Position numbers and translations under genes: made by a program | Shown: piece by piece, positions 13,020-27,797 of the stretch | Numbering within the stretch: the first letter of the stretch is position 1 | How the letters are laid out: every line of letters starts with the position of its first letter | Notes under the pieces: generated by a model | Told to the model about the DNA's origin: nothing | Database searches by the model: none | Seen by the model: the letters and a program-made list of their open reading frames with translations, nothing else | Source: Auanema rhodensis | Taxonomy: Eukaryota > Animalia > Nematoda | Direction: 5' to 3' | Assembly: GCA_964057225.1 (NCBI GenBank) | Contig: OZ059899.1 | Coordinates: 14,012,001-14,076,000 of the forward strand | DNA length: 64,000 nt

Positions 13020-16000
13020 TGGAGGAGAGAGGGAGAGGAAGAATCAGAAAGTTAAAGAGGCTCATCAAGGACTAAAGTATAAAATCATATATATACATAT
13101 ATTTCATGTATAATAAGAGAAAAATATAAAAATAATAGAAACATTAATAAAAAAAATAAAAAATATCATCCAAAACATGTCCTCTGTGTTGAGTATGAAA
13201 AGAGTTATGGCTGTATGTACAAGTTGAAGCTTAGATATTGCATGATCATTCCAAATAAAAGAAAAGAGAAGAGAAGCTTTTCCCGTTTGTGAATGTTCTA
13301 TATCGCTTATTCTCACTCATTCTCTATAGTAGATAGTAGAAAGGTGTAAGTTATTATTATTTATGTTCAATGAAAATAAAAGTATGATAATATGAGAACA
13401 AGAAAAATATATTTAAAGAAAGAAAATGCAAAGTCATCAAATTACTTTTTCTCTCTCTCTCTTTCAGCTTCTCTCTCCCCTCTCTCTCTTTGCTTCTCTC
13501 TCCCCTCTCTCTCTCTCTGTATATAGTTCACTAAGATAAAATAAGAAGAATATAATATGAATAAAGTATAATAAAGGTATAAACAGTCCAATTTATAATA
13601 TAAAACTAAAAAGTGTTTAATTTTAAATAAATAAAATAAAAAAAACATTTAAAAAACTTACTGACAGCTTAAAAGATTACAAAGTAAATTCAAATTTCAC
13701 AGATGTTTAACTGAAAAAAGGAATTGTTGTAAAAGCAGAAATAGAAAAGATTGATTATATGACAACAAGATAAGTAATCTACAAGAAAAAAAGATAAATG
13801 GATAATGAGAGAAATAGAGAAAAGAGATATATGTGTATAAGTTAAAGTTTTCTTTTGTTTCAAAAAAACAAAGTAAAATCTAATAAAGCTAAAACAACTA
13901 TTTGAACTCTTCGTGACATGCGTTTGATTGGTGTTAAGAGTACAAAACAATGTGAAAACTATAGATAAAGAGAGAATGATAAACAGGAAGAGAGAAAGAG
14001 AAATAGAGAGATGGAGAGAAAAAGGGAATGAAGGAGGGAGAGAGGGAGGGAAAGAAAGTCAAAAAGAAAACTTTTTTTTTGGGACAGGGAAGAGAGAAAA
14101 GTATGACAATACAAGGAAGACTATCATCTAATCCTACTTGACGAATACGAACTAATGTTGCTGATTGTACAAAAAGTCTGTGTTTTGAATGTTTTTGTCA
14201 GAGAAAAGTTTAAATGATGTTCCTTCCTTGGAAATAAATTAGATGGAAATGACAGACCGTTCACAGCTATAGCAAAAGTGGAAATGAAAATTGAATTTTC
14301 ACGTATAGTTCACGTAAGGCTAAGAAAATAAGGCTGAGAAAGCTTAAAACTAAATTGAAATGGAAGCAGAAAATAAAAAAAAATGAAAATGGATGATTGA
14401 CTCAAATATAAATAGAAATGCGTGAAAGGTGGCACACACACAGAGAGAGAGAAAGAGGGAGGGAAAGAGAAAGAAAGAGAGAAAACAAAGAGAAGAATGA
14501 GAAGAGGGATGAATGACAAAAACGGCTGGGGGGGGGGGGATAACGAGAACAGGAGGCAGAAACAAGATGAAATCTTTGAGAAAAAAGCAAAAGTGAGAAA
14601 AAAAAGTTTGGAAAGCTTCGAAAAAATGGTTTGTGTGATGGAAAAATAGACAAGAATGAATGAAAATTGAAGATTAAAACCGAGAATATTAAGAAAATAA
14701 TAAAAGTCAAAAATTGATTTAAAAAGATAGCTAAGAAGATTCAGAAGACATCACACGACGAAAACGATGAAGATGGAGCAGAAGAAGAAGAAGAAGAGGA
14801 AGAACACAGACAACGAAGCTTAACGATTCCGATAACAACAACGTCATAAGGATAAGAATAAAGAGAAAAAATGAAATTAATTATAAGAATCTTATATATG
14901 TATATGTATTAATGTGTTAACTATACATATATACATACATCTAGAATGAATTTATATTGAAACTACTATACTATATACTAAATGTAAGTAAACTATAGTA
15001 TATTGATAGAAATTTAGATAAATTCAAGATTAAAGGACATTTTTTTATAAATTATGTATTGAATGTAGATCAAAAATTAGAAAATAGGTGTAACACATGC
15101 GTAGTACTTGTGGCACTTCTTCTTCGTCTTTCATCGCTTTCATCCTTGTCTTATGGTCGTTAGCTTGCACTACGTTGTTCTTCCTTTTTCTCTCATCTGA
15201 TTCTACTCTGCTAACTACCAAAATGCCGACATTCCCTAATGTGTTTATTGTTTCTAGCTTAAAGCTTATTCAAGCTCTGTGCAAGTACAACGTTTGATAA
15301 GAGATTAAAACTTGAAGTTCTTGCTTTTATCCCGGAAAATCTTTTTTTTTTCTTTTTTTTTTTCAAAATGTTCTGTCATGAAAACCATCATTACTCTTCC
15401 TGCTCTTTCTATCTTCCTCTGTTTCTTTCTGCCTCCCTCTCTCTCACTACTTCTTTCTTGCGGTTTGTGTTTCTTTATGTTTCACATGCTTCTGACGAGT
15501 TTTTCGACTGAAAAAGATCTCTCAGGTTGTCATTAGAAACTCTTTTCTTGTTTCCTTACAAATAAATCTTTCTTTGATTAATATACATCAACTTATTTTT
15601 TTCTTATGTTGTTTACAAGAGATGACACGGAACCAGATGATCTGATGAGACTTCTTCCCACTTACAACATGATGTCTTCTTCGTCTATGCTAAAGCTTAA
15701 GTTTCTAGGTTGTTAAGTGTAATTTTAATTGATTATATATATGTATTATATATAAAAATAAAATTATTGTTATGAAATCAATCTTCGTGCGCAACATTGA
15801 GGAAGAACAAGCTGGAGAAGATATAAAGATGATGGAAGATGATGATGCTGAAGATAATCATGATATCACAAGCTACAAGCTATAACTTTCTTTCAACTAA
15901 AAGAATAAATTGTCGAATAATAGGCATAGAAAGATGGTGAAAGAGAAATGAGATAGAAAGAGAAAAGAAGAGACCGAGACATGGCTGTTGGTTGGGGAGC

Positions 16001-16277
16001 GGGGGGGGGGAAGAATAGAAGATGTGAATACAGATGATGCTCATGAATCTCCTTTTTTACTTAGGTTGTTTGGAATACAAAAATTAAAGTTGAAAATTAA
16101 ATTAAAGAAAAAAGTATAATTGAAGCATCTATTATAGCAGTGTTTACTGGCTATTTATGCAAAATGAAATAATTCGCGAAAAATGAGATTGAAATTGAAA
16201 AATCGGCAAAAACGAAAATGGAAAATGTTGGTTAACGCAGCTATTGGCCATTAGCTTGTTTATACTTGGGTAAGAGG

Positions 16278-16348
<71 letters not shown>

Positions 16349-17365
16349 AACATGCGGCGGTGAAAGTCTACTACTAAAGGAAGAAGGGAAGAAGGGAAAA
16401 GTGGGTGGGAGTAGAGAGGAGAGTAATAATGACTAGAGGAGAACTCATTACAGATATGGAAATATGGATATACACAAATGATCAAAGAAGATCAAGAGGA
16501 GAAATGAATATATGGACCAGAAAAAGGGGGTGGACAGAAGGAAAGAGAAAGAGAGAGATAGAGAGAGACCTGAACAGAGGGAAAACATAGAGAGAGAGAG
16601 AGATAGAGAGAGAGAAAAGGGATAGACGAGTTGATAGATGAGACATGAAAACTTCATTCACTTCTTCTTCTTTTTGGTCCTTGGGCAATTTCACGAAAAA
16701 CCATTGTAGGTTGTTGCCATATTTAGCATATATGAGTTTGAAATATATCATTATTGATGCTACAAGAAGTTGAAATAGATAAAGAGAAAAAGAAAATAGA
16801 AAAAGAAGTGAAAGATAGATAGAGAGAGAGAAAGAGAGAAAGAGAGAGAGAGAGAGAGTAGATTATGAGAGAAATAGCTATACATGTAAATGCATTGAGA
16901 ATAATACAGTAGAATATAGGGTAAAGAAGGTATAACTAAAAGACAAAAAAAAAAGATATATTTAAGTATGAAAGAAAGAACCTCCTAATCATTACAGAGA
17001 GAAATGAAAAAATGTCTTGTAATTGTATTAATTCGAATGGAAGACACAGACATAATATGCAAAAGCTGCAAACGAAAACCACTGATTGATGTGTTGTGTG
17101 CACTCCCCAAAAAAATTTCTTCTGTCATGGAAAAATACATAGAAAGTATAAGTATAGTTCTAAAATGGTTTTGATGCATAAGTTGATTGATTATGTGAAT
17201 ACTATATATCTTAGCTATTCAACTTGCAGAATGATATAGCCCAGCTTGGAAGTAAAAGTAAGTTTATAGAAGAGATGGTGGGAATGGAATGGTGAGCAGA
17301 AGGCGGAGGGGGGGGGAAAGGTTATTGGAAAGTATGGAATATAGATTGTATAAGCTATATAGAGG

Positions 17366-17396
<31 letters not shown>

Positions 17397-17436
17397 TGGT
17401 GAGGGGAGAGAAATAGAGAGAGAAAGAGAGAGAGAA

Positions 17437-17495
<59 letters not shown>

Positions 17496-19143
17496 AAGAA
17501 AGAGAGAGAGGGCTAGGAAGATACAAGAAGAGCATAGTATATAGATGCACTTACTAACTATAAATATAGTAACAAATAACAATTCATTGAATAATTGTTA
17601 TAAGATGAGTTTAGAGATGAAAACATAAACGTGTGACTGAAATGTGATATTATATACGTTTTACAATTCAAAAAAATAAAATTGTAGTATATATCTAGTT
17701 CTTGTAATGTTGCATCTTCTGTCTAACTATCAAGTTTACTGATTTCTTTCTCACGTTCTCTCGTTCTTCCTCCCCTTTTCATTTATCTCTCTCCCTCTCA
17801 TCTCCCCTCTCTCTCTCTTTCTCTCTCTCTCTCTTTCTCTTAATATGAACATACATCTGATAAAGTTGGCAAAAGTTTCTCTTTGAAGGATTGAATTAGC
17901 TTATAAAACGTGACGTTTTTTGAAACAGAGATTCAAAGAAAATGCTCGGAAAATATTTTTTTCTCAAAAAAATACTGAAAAACTACAAGATGGATAAGAA
18001 GATAAGGTAGGAAGAAATTAAAAAAAAGAAAAAAAGAGAAAGAGAGACAGAATAAAGAGAGGATGGGTAGAAGAGAAGAAGAAGATTGACTCAAGCATAT
18101 CATCATTAAGATGACTTCAGGGCATCTGTTTCGCGCATAAGTCCACGGCAGCTTTTCATCCATTTGAATGATTCAGATGCCAAGTGATTCCTTTGGGAAT
18201 TTCCTTTCAATGTTACGTATACTACAACTTCTGATTTTCAGATGGGTTCACTACGACGTTAGGCTAATAGTAGGAGCAACAGAAAACGAGGCAGTTCGTG
18301 TAGTCGGCATGCAAGCAAGCAAAGCAACAAGTCTCATGAATCAGAAAATCCTGTATAAAAACTCTTTCTTTATAAGCTTAGCTGATCACGACGTCTTCAT
18401 CATGTGAAATGGAATTTAGCTTCAGGCTATGTTATAAAGGTTCTTTAACCGATAGAAAGATCAGCGCCGTCATCGTGAAGCTGAATAACTCATACACAAC
18501 GATGGATAATGCCAAACAAGAAGTACTGATTTATAATTTAGAAAAATGGGGCATAGTTAGTGAAAAGAGGTTAACTATATTGAATATAAACTGTAGTATA
18601 TATGAAAGAAAGAGAGAGAGAGCGAGAAATGAAGGAGAGAAGAGAATAGCTAGGTGGCTGGGAAGAGGAAGAAGCGTCAAATTCCTCTTTTTCAACAGAA
18701 AAAACGAAAAGCCATGTGGAACAAGTGCCAAATTGAATTCAAGTGATGATTTGACAAGAAAACTAAAACTGATTTATCATAAAATATTGAAGTAAACACA
18801 ATAAATATTCAAAAAAGTCGTTGATTTACCATATGAGAGAAAGCGGAATAAGTTTAGAAAAGAGACAGTGGTTGTACAGAAAATTATTGAGAAATAAGAA
18901 TTTTGCCTTAAGAAAGCAAAAAACAATCAAAAATCTTCATAAAAGCAAGTAGAAGGAAATGAATTGAGATTGGCGGAAGAGAAAACAAGGCGAATTGAAC
19001 GAAGTATGAAGTATAGATCAGGAAGCAGGTGAAGGCAGAAGTTATGAGAACTGACGCATAAGAACAAAGAATTATAGAAATCCATACGAAGGTATAGGAT
19101 GTAAAAGGGGATATTGAAATAGAGAGAGAAGGTTGTAAAGATT

Positions 19144-19203
<60 letters not shown>

Positions 19204-19699
19204 TAAAGCAAATAAAGTATATTCAACACTCAAGTTAAAAACCTTAGCTATACCTCTGAGAAGGCAGTGAATGACCTTCCCTCAAGGAATATTCTAAAGA
19301 TGATTTCTATTTGCTGATAAAAATAAAACAATAAGCAATTAAAAATTAGAAAGAGAGAGAGAGAGAGAGAGATAGAGAGAGAAAAGAGGGAAGTTTATAT
19401 TTAGTAGAATATAAGCAGTCCTAGTGAGCTGGGATAAAGAAGTAGATGAAGAAGCGGGGGTAGAGAGAGTCGTGGATTATAATCAAAATAGACCCAAATG
19501 CGATTGGACGTCATGTTGATGTTTCATCAGCATTAAAAGGAAATATATTTGGAAAATGAAAAAACAGTGATATGTTAATTGAAAAAGAAAAAGGAAAAGA
19601 AGAATAAAATCTGGAAACATCACACAATGTCCTAAATGACATAGGAATCTGAATATGAGAGAAGAAGGATATAGAAGACAGAGGAGGGGAGAACGACTA

Positions 19700-19732
<33 letters not shown>

Positions 19733-20130
19733 CTGAGAAAGAGAAAGAGAGAAAGAGAAAGAGAGCAAGAGAGAGATAATGAGTAACTGTCAGAGAGAAA
19801 AGAAAATAATATAAAGCTCAAGTTTTAGCTTCGCATACAAAAGGTTAAAAAATGCTGAAAATACATATGGTTGTGACATAAAAGGAAACAGGAAGGTAAG
19901 AAATATTCATAGAAGTTGAGTTATTTATCCAATAAAGTAATGAACTTTCCATGCTCTTGCCATGTTTATATTTGGAGAGAATAAGTTCATTTTATGGATA
20001 ATAAAATAAAATAAAAGTTTTGTCTCTCTCTCTCTGTCTCTTGAATACTGATAACTCAAAATGAAAATATTCGGAATATTATATGTATAGTTAGTAACTT
20101 ATTGACATATTCTTTCATATTATTTGCTAC

Positions 20131-20183
20131 TAACTGACTAACTGACTAAGTAACTGACTGACTGACTGACTGACTGACTGACT
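20131..20183. repeat. (ACTG)n tetranucleotide repeat, degenerate at its left end
   Basis: taactgactaactgactaagtaactgactgactgactgac...; the reverse-strand equivalent (CAGT)n is at ~28575-28603. Confidence 0.85.
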
Positions 20184-20550
20184 ATACATACGTATGTATT
20201 CATTATGTATGTTTGCTTGAAGATTTTATAGTATAATAAAAGAAAAAGAAAACAATTTCATCATTCTAATCATTGAATTGGAGAAAAAAAGTTTTTTTTC
20301 TGCTTTTTTACTTCTGATTTACACAGAAAATAAATATCGTTTAGTGAACTTTAAAGACCAAAACTCAGAAAGCGGATGATTGGCCTCATCTCATGTTGCG
20401 AATTCATTTAAAATTTGTCGTTTTCGTTTTTTATTTTTATTTGTTCGTAAATGAGCTATTGTAATATAAAGATAATAGTTTATGTTCAAATGAAACATGA
20501 AGTTTCAAAGTTCAAAAGGATATGAGGGTGGAGCACAGAGAGGGAGAGAG

Positions 20551-20684
20551 AAAGTCTGTGATGGCTATTGCTGGAACTGGAGAGTGGTTAAGGCGGATAG
20601 TGATGAGGAACGGGATGAGGAACGAAAAACTTCTCAAGATAAAGAAAGAAAAGAATGAAAGAGATAAAGAGTGAGTGGGAGGGA
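20551..20684 (+). repeat. Copy 1 of a 134-bp dispersed direct repeat
   Basis: aaagtctgtgatggctattgctgg...gagtgagtgggaggga matches 34544-34677 with 2 substitutions. It is flanked by (GA)n. Confidence 0.92.
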
Positions 20685-20694
20685 GAGAAGAAAG

Positions 20695-20744
<50 letters not shown>

Positions 20745-21540
20745 AGTCTGTGGATGGTAAATGACCATGCATTCATGTATATCCCATAGTAGCCATAACT
20801 TAACAACAGAATATTTTCAGAATGAAAGAAGACGTACTACTGCATTCCCCCCTCTTCTCTCTCTCTCTCTCTCTCTTATTCTCTTCTTATGTATTCCATC
20901 TCTTCCTTTATCTACTCTTTTACGGTTATCATTTCTTTAAAAACTGAGATGAGAGAATTCCAATATAATTCAAAAACTTTCACTGCATTTCACTAAATAG
21001 TATTTTATTTTCTTCATAAAAATATTTATATGTTACATCATTCTATGAGCACAGAGTCAAACAATTATTTCATCTCTCTCTCTCTCTCTCTCCCTCTCCC
21101 TCTTTATCTCTCTCACTCTTTCTCTCTTAATATTCAAATACTTGTGACTTTATTTATGAAGAATCTTCGAATCATGGTTTAAATTTTGACCTTAAAATCT
21201 AAATATTTCATTTTTGACATTGTTTTTCTCTTCCCTCTCCCTCTCTTACTTTCTGTTTCTCTCTGTTCCTCTATACATTCATACGTCTATCATCTTCTTT
21301 CATTCCCTTCTTCCAATCTCTTTATAGTATGAACTCATGAAGTTATAAAACCAAACTAAATAAGTCATAGCATTATGATCAAATCGTCAAAAAATGTCTA
21401 AAATTGTCAGAAATATCAAAAACTTTTGTTTAAAATGAAATAAACTTCTACAGATAGATGTTGATATCTGTCACATATGGAAACAAAAAGTTTTTTTTTT
21501 GAAAATATGATTAATCTGAAGAAGTAGTTGAGAGAGATGA

Positions 21541-21544
<4 letters not shown>

Positions 21545-21619
<75 letters not shown>
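21545..21619. repeat. (GA)n microsatellite
   Basis: Pure GA run of about 75 bp. Confidence 0.95.
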
Positions 21620-21623
<4 letters not shown>

Positions 21624-22600
21624 GAAGAGAAGCATACCACACTACATATGAATGTGCTAATATGTAGATGGTTAGAGTGCTCTAAAGCTAGAGGAAACAA
21701 GAAATCAAGTATTTATGTTTGGAAAAGAAGAGAAAACATAAAAAAATGAAAAATTCATGTCTATTCTATGTTTCTTGTGGAAACAATTCAAAATATTGTA
21801 AAATTCAATTAAGAAAATGAAGTTTCTGAATATGGAAATTAGATTGTGAGAGGAGGATGAATAGGTTGAACTGTCATATTCAGCCAAAAGAAAATAGAGA
21901 TATTTGATGAATAAACTCATTTTCTTCAGCCTATTCAACAGAAATACCAAAAAAACAACAAAAACGTTGGTTTAAGAAGAGAGATAGAGAGAGAGAGAGA
22001 GAAAAGTCGGTTAAAAGAGTCAACGTTGATATCTGCACATAGATGAGAGCAGGAAAGATGAAAGAGTGTACAAGACACAGTAGAATCTGACTACTCGGGT
22101 ACTCGTTGTCAGTATTCAAAGAGAAATTGATATGATGGACACGCACCACTAAGACTCAGAAAAAGCATTGTACTTAATTCGAACTTGATATTTCAGAAAT
22201 GGAATATAAACCTTTTTTTCCAAAATATCGTTTCTAATTCAAATCTATTTACTAAATGAATGTTAAAAGTATATAAAGATGAAATAGATAGAAAGGTAAT
22301 CTAATGTATAGAGAGAGAGAGGGAGAGAGAGAGAGAGGGGTTAAGGAAACTATGTATAAGAGAAAGTAGAGTCATGAAATGAAATTGAAACAGGAGATTG
22401 GAGATCATGAAAGAAAATTTTTAATTGTCTTCCACCTCCTCTACCCTCTGTTACATTTCTTAAAAGAAGATTATACAATCTTCTCTCCTTTTTTTTTTCT
22501 TTTTTCTTCAATTTTGATCTTGATTTAATTAGAAAGCGCTTAAAGAAAGAAATAAAATGAAGCCACTTTAAGTATCTAATCTCTCTCCTTCCCTTTCTCC

Positions 22601-22658
<58 letters not shown>

Positions 22659-23341
22659 TATACACACAGATTGTGGTGTATTCTGTTTCACAAAAGCACT
22701 GTCAAGCTCAAAAACCAATGCTTATACTCCGATAAAACATCTCTTATAACTAACTGTTGTTTGTTGACGCCGTTCATCTCAACTGCCTACTTTTTCATGA
22801 ATTTCGGACAAAAACATCTGAATTCATAGGATATTCTGATAAAAAGTTTGGTTGAATAAGACAATGAATTGAATGAATACAAGGTTTAAAGATTTGTAGA
22901 TGTTCAGAAAGACTGAAGGAGAGAGAAAGAGACACGGAAAGCATAGGGGAGCAAAGGTTTGAGTTGAGAACATCGTCGACACCTAATCAAATTACCCAAT
23001 TTTTCTAAAGATAGCTCAAAATCTTTTAGTTTTGGGGACTAGTGACTTCATCAACTAAGAGAGAAAAGCATATACGAGATGATAAACTCAATGAATAGAC
23101 ACAAATTTGCTATGGATCATAATATTTTTTTTAAAAATTTAAATGAAATATCTCTGTTTGATCATATTATTAACTCAAAATGTACTTTGTTTCGTCGTTA
23201 TTTCATTGGAAGAGGTGAAAAAAGAGGATGAAAGAAGGTTGAGAGTGAAGGAGGGGAGAGGGAGGTCATCATGTACATACATACATACATATATTGATGT
23301 TTAGATCACGTATAAGAATAAAAGATTAAAAAAAGATTGAG

Positions 23342-23390
<49 letters not shown>

Positions 23391-26173
23391 AAGAGAGAGA
23401 GCATGAGAGAGAAGGGAAAAAAGAGAGACAAGCGATGATGCACAGATATCAAAGACAAATTCAAAAACAAACTATTTTTATGAAAATAATTCTTGGCTTC
23501 CATGACATATCTGTCTTTCCAAATTCTGACGTCGTGAACTCTGTCTTACTCCCACCCCCTCTCCCTCGCTCCTGTGCTAGAGGGACAAGCGCACAGTTCG
23601 TTGTGACTGCTAATGACAAGGAGAAGGCACTTCTTGTTTCAAAGTTTTCAGTTGAAAAGAATAAGTTTTAGTTAATGAATGAAGTACATAAGCAAATACA
23701 TATTATCAAACTACTACTACTGCTGGAATAATTTCAATTTTGAAAGTTGTAAGTAGCGAATCTCTTGTATCTCTATCCAACCAAAATGAATGAGGAAGAG
23801 AAAAGAGATAGAAATGATTGTTTTTTTGATAAAAAAAGAGAAGAAAATCACAAAATGAAATATTCAGTTCTTTATTTTTCTTTTATTTATGAATATTTCA
23901 ATTATTCTTTATATTTTATAGCGAAAAAGGTTAAATTTTTTACAAATTCTTTAAACTATTTGAATCAAATGACTTCATAAAACTGATCCATATAAATTAT
24001 ATAATCATTATATAATATATATAATTAAATAATTTATATTTAGATAGATTAGAGAAAAGAATGTTGAACTTCATAAATTGAATGAACCAATAGTTGATGA
24101 AGAACTTCGGATGTATGGTCATGTTGAAGCTATTTCCATTTAGCCTATAGGCAATGACTTTCGTTAGTTTTGTCTCTCCTTTAATGAGTTGATATTCCAA
24201 ATGGTTTCTTTTCATCTTTTCTCTCTCTCTCTCTCTCTCTGTCTGTCTCCTTGTTTCTTTCTCTTTCAATGAGTCTTCTTCTCTCTTTCTCTCTCTCTCT
24301 ATCTCTCTCTCTCGTTCTCTCGATGATGATGATGAACTAAATAAACTGAATAAGGAAAAACCAGGAATACCACGTTCAAAAAATTATTTTTCACTCATCT
24401 CCGACGTTCATTATATGAAATTTCCTTAAATATTTGTGCTGATGTTTCATATATGTTGAATGTTGACACCTGACGTTCAATAAATCAGCTTTAATCATCA
24501 TTTCCTAAATTAAAAACATTAAGATGTTATGCTATTTATACTATTTATGTGACCTTTTTTTGAAAAGGAACAAAAAAAAAGGCAAATAAAAATTAATTAG
24601 ATTTCTTTAAAAAATTATGATGTCAAGTTGGAAATGCTTTAAGGGCTGATGAACATATTACAGAATTTTGGGCAAAAGTATGAGAAAAGCTGGAAGACCT
24701 ATGAGTTTTAAACTTAGAGAACTTGAAATGTTGAGGAGAGCAACTTCATGATTTAACTGTGTTCATCACGTTTACAGCCTCAGGCAAACGAGAAGGGGAA
24801 GAAGAGCAAGCAGAGGAGAAGAGAAATCTACAGAATGACGAAGTTCGTTGAAGAAGTTCACAGATAATGGTTTGCTTCCTTATTGAAAAGATGATGAAAA
24901 GATAGAAAGAAGCTGGAAAAAAAATCTGACGTGATGATGAAGAGGAAGGAAACGATGTGAACGACGGAATGCTCATACTTCGCACGTCCAGTAAGCCCTC
25001 TGGCTCGTTTCCTTATTTGGATAAACGAATTACCCAACATCTAATTTAGTCTCAACCTCAGAAATAATAAAGAATGAGAAAGGAAGAAGATGTTAAGTCT
25101 TTTACTCTGAGACTCATACAGAAGAGAATTTGAGTTACGTGAGAATGATCAGAAGTAGTTTTTGGTCAAATGGTCCGTTGGATTAAAGGTGAAGAAGCTT
25201 TCGTTAGAATTTGTTTGAAGCAGATGGCTTCTAGAGAACTGTTGTGAATGAGATTGTTGTTCTATTGCATAATCTGGCAAGTAGAGAACAACATCAATGA
25301 TGTTTCTCCTGCTTGAACATGAATGCAAAAAGGAAAAAGAGAGAAAAGTGCATATAGAGAGGAATGTGTGATATGGGGTGATCATGATGTCAGGCGTAGG
25401 ATGCACAAAAAAAATGCGAAAGGGTATAAGCTTCAGCAAGTTATAAGATGAAAGCATAATGTTTGATATCTAACTTGAAGAGACGTCATCTCAAAAATGT
25501 CTAAATATGGGAAAATCCATTAAAAGTTGGAACATAGATGAAGTTGAGAGTTGTTGAATGAGATGCTTTATGAACGCACAGAGTAATTTGAGGCATTTCG
25601 TTTAATTTTGGCAACTTCGTACACTTCCAATAATGATGAATGACAATCAGATGAAGTGTAATTCGTGGGAGATGTAGCAGTAGACGATGATTTCAGAGTT
25701 AGAAGCATGAGATATGAAGCTCGAGTCAAGCTTGTTCATCATCTAGAGGTGCAGCAGAAGAAAAAAGGAAGCAAATGAAGAAGAATGAGAATGTTAGCAG
25801 ATGAAGATGAAGCAATAAGAAGCCCTCCCTCCAAAGGAACAAGAGGTAATTTATAACGTTTCTGTACGAAAAAAAGGTATTGACTAACATAAAAACTGAG
25901 AATATGATTAGTAAGTCGTGCAACACTGGCCTTTTTTCAACAACAAGAAAGTAAGTAGAAGTTAGAAGTCACATACATTTGCCTTTACAAATTTTTTTGT
26001 TCAAAAAAGAAAAAGAAAAAAAAAAGACCAAAAATAATTGTAAATGAGAGCTTAAGCTATATTGAAATATTAATTTTTCAGATCATTTTTATATAAATTA
26101 TATATTATATGTATAATATTTCGGGAAAAAAAGAGTTGGAACTTATGTTTAAGAATGAAAAATTAACAAAAAG

Positions 26174-26226
<53 letters not shown>

Positions 26227-27754
26227 ATAAAAATTGCCCTGAGGCTAGTTGTGGTCGACAGACATGTTGCCTTAAATTGCTCATGCTCTTCTTAACGAAC
26301 TAGCCAATGAAGCTTACAACAAATGAAAATAGAAAAATGTTTCAGGAAAGTTTCATGACGTAATATCATTGTATAGTAATCTCTTTCATCTCATTCTCTC
26401 TATAAAATTGAAGAAAAAAAACTTTAATTGAAAATCGAAGAAGATGTAATGGAGAATGTTACTTAGCTTGTACTGACATGAAGGCTTTTCTTGATCATTT
26501 AACAGCAAAAATCCTTTTCTTTTTTCTTTTTTTTTGAGAAAAAGCTGTCAGTTTCTTCTGGTTGTTCGGATGATATGATCCAAGCAGAGCAGTAGCTCAA
26601 TCTTCATTGAAGGCATGAGCATACTGGCAACTGATTGAAGTTAAGCCTTATAAAACTCTTTTGTAGAATTAAATGTTTCATTATGTGTTCCAATAAGGAA
26701 CTGAGATGGCTTTGATCGAGTTTGCCTGGTCTCAGCTGGCAACTCACTGAACTTCATCAGCACTTGATCCTTTCAAACCCTTATAGAAATGGTCTGATGG
26801 CAACATATTTGGTGAGTAAAATGAACATTCTACCGATTAATGGCTGAAGAGAAGCAAGAAAAAAAATTTTCCTGGTCCACTAAGTATACTAGAAAGAGAG
26901 AGAGAGCGAGAAGGACGAGGAGAAAGACAGAGAGAGGGAGGTAATCTTGAGAGAGACAACATAGAACAATTTGAGTTTTACACCAAATGTAGTAACATAT
27001 AAGGGCTTGTATCGAAATTAAAAACGTTATAGAATTAGTAATAATCAAGCATATTTCAGGAAAAGTTCAAGACAATAGAACAAAAGAGCAAAGCGACATA
27101 GAGGGAGTGAGGGTGTATACTAGAGAGGGAGTGAGTGAAAGAACACAGATTGTTAGAGCGACGACGATGAGTTGATCAGAAGCATTTTCAAAGAAAATTT
27201 AGTGAGGAGATTAGTGCTTGACCGAACACGGAACTTAGATTATAATTTATAAGAAAAGATAATGCTATTTTTACTTTTAGAACTTTAGAGCAAGTTTCTC
27301 TCATCAAAGCTATTTCCCAACGTACAGCATAGAGCTTAATTCTGTCAAAATAATATCAAAATGATTTTTTCATTAAATTTCTATTATGGCTAAAAGTCAA
27401 AAAAAAGAAAAACTTGAGCAAAACATGAACATGAAAGGTCAGGACTTGGCAATGAAATCTTAAAATTACAAAGTTCAATAAATTTACCGGAAAAAAATGA
27501 AAAAGTGAGAATAGAATAGTTATTGTGTACTTGAAGAGAAAGGGAAAATAAAGAGAGAGAGGGGGGGGGAGAGAGAAAGCTTAACGAATAAAAGATGTAG
27601 AGGTTGCGAAAGTTTAAAAGGGTGAGTTTGAGGTATTGAGAATAGGACCAAAAGGTTAGAAACAGTATAGAGGTGTCTGAAAGTATATTGAAATCTAGGC
27701 GATTGAAATAAGAGATAAAGGGAGTTAGAATAGGAAAGATAGAGGTACATGGAT

Positions 27755-27797
<43 letters not shown>

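Noticed and set aside
15492-15530. CTGACGA...GAAA hammerhead-like core
   Set aside because: Stem II is out of register and there is no stem III or UH site.
16430-16451. TGACTAGAggagaACTCATTA, resembling miR-279
   Set aside because: The upstream sequence is purine-rich and cannot form the precursor stem.
22990-25040. aattacccaa words resembling part of the SL1 leader
   Set aside because: No GGTTTAATTACCCAAGTTTGAG match, splice donor or Sm site.
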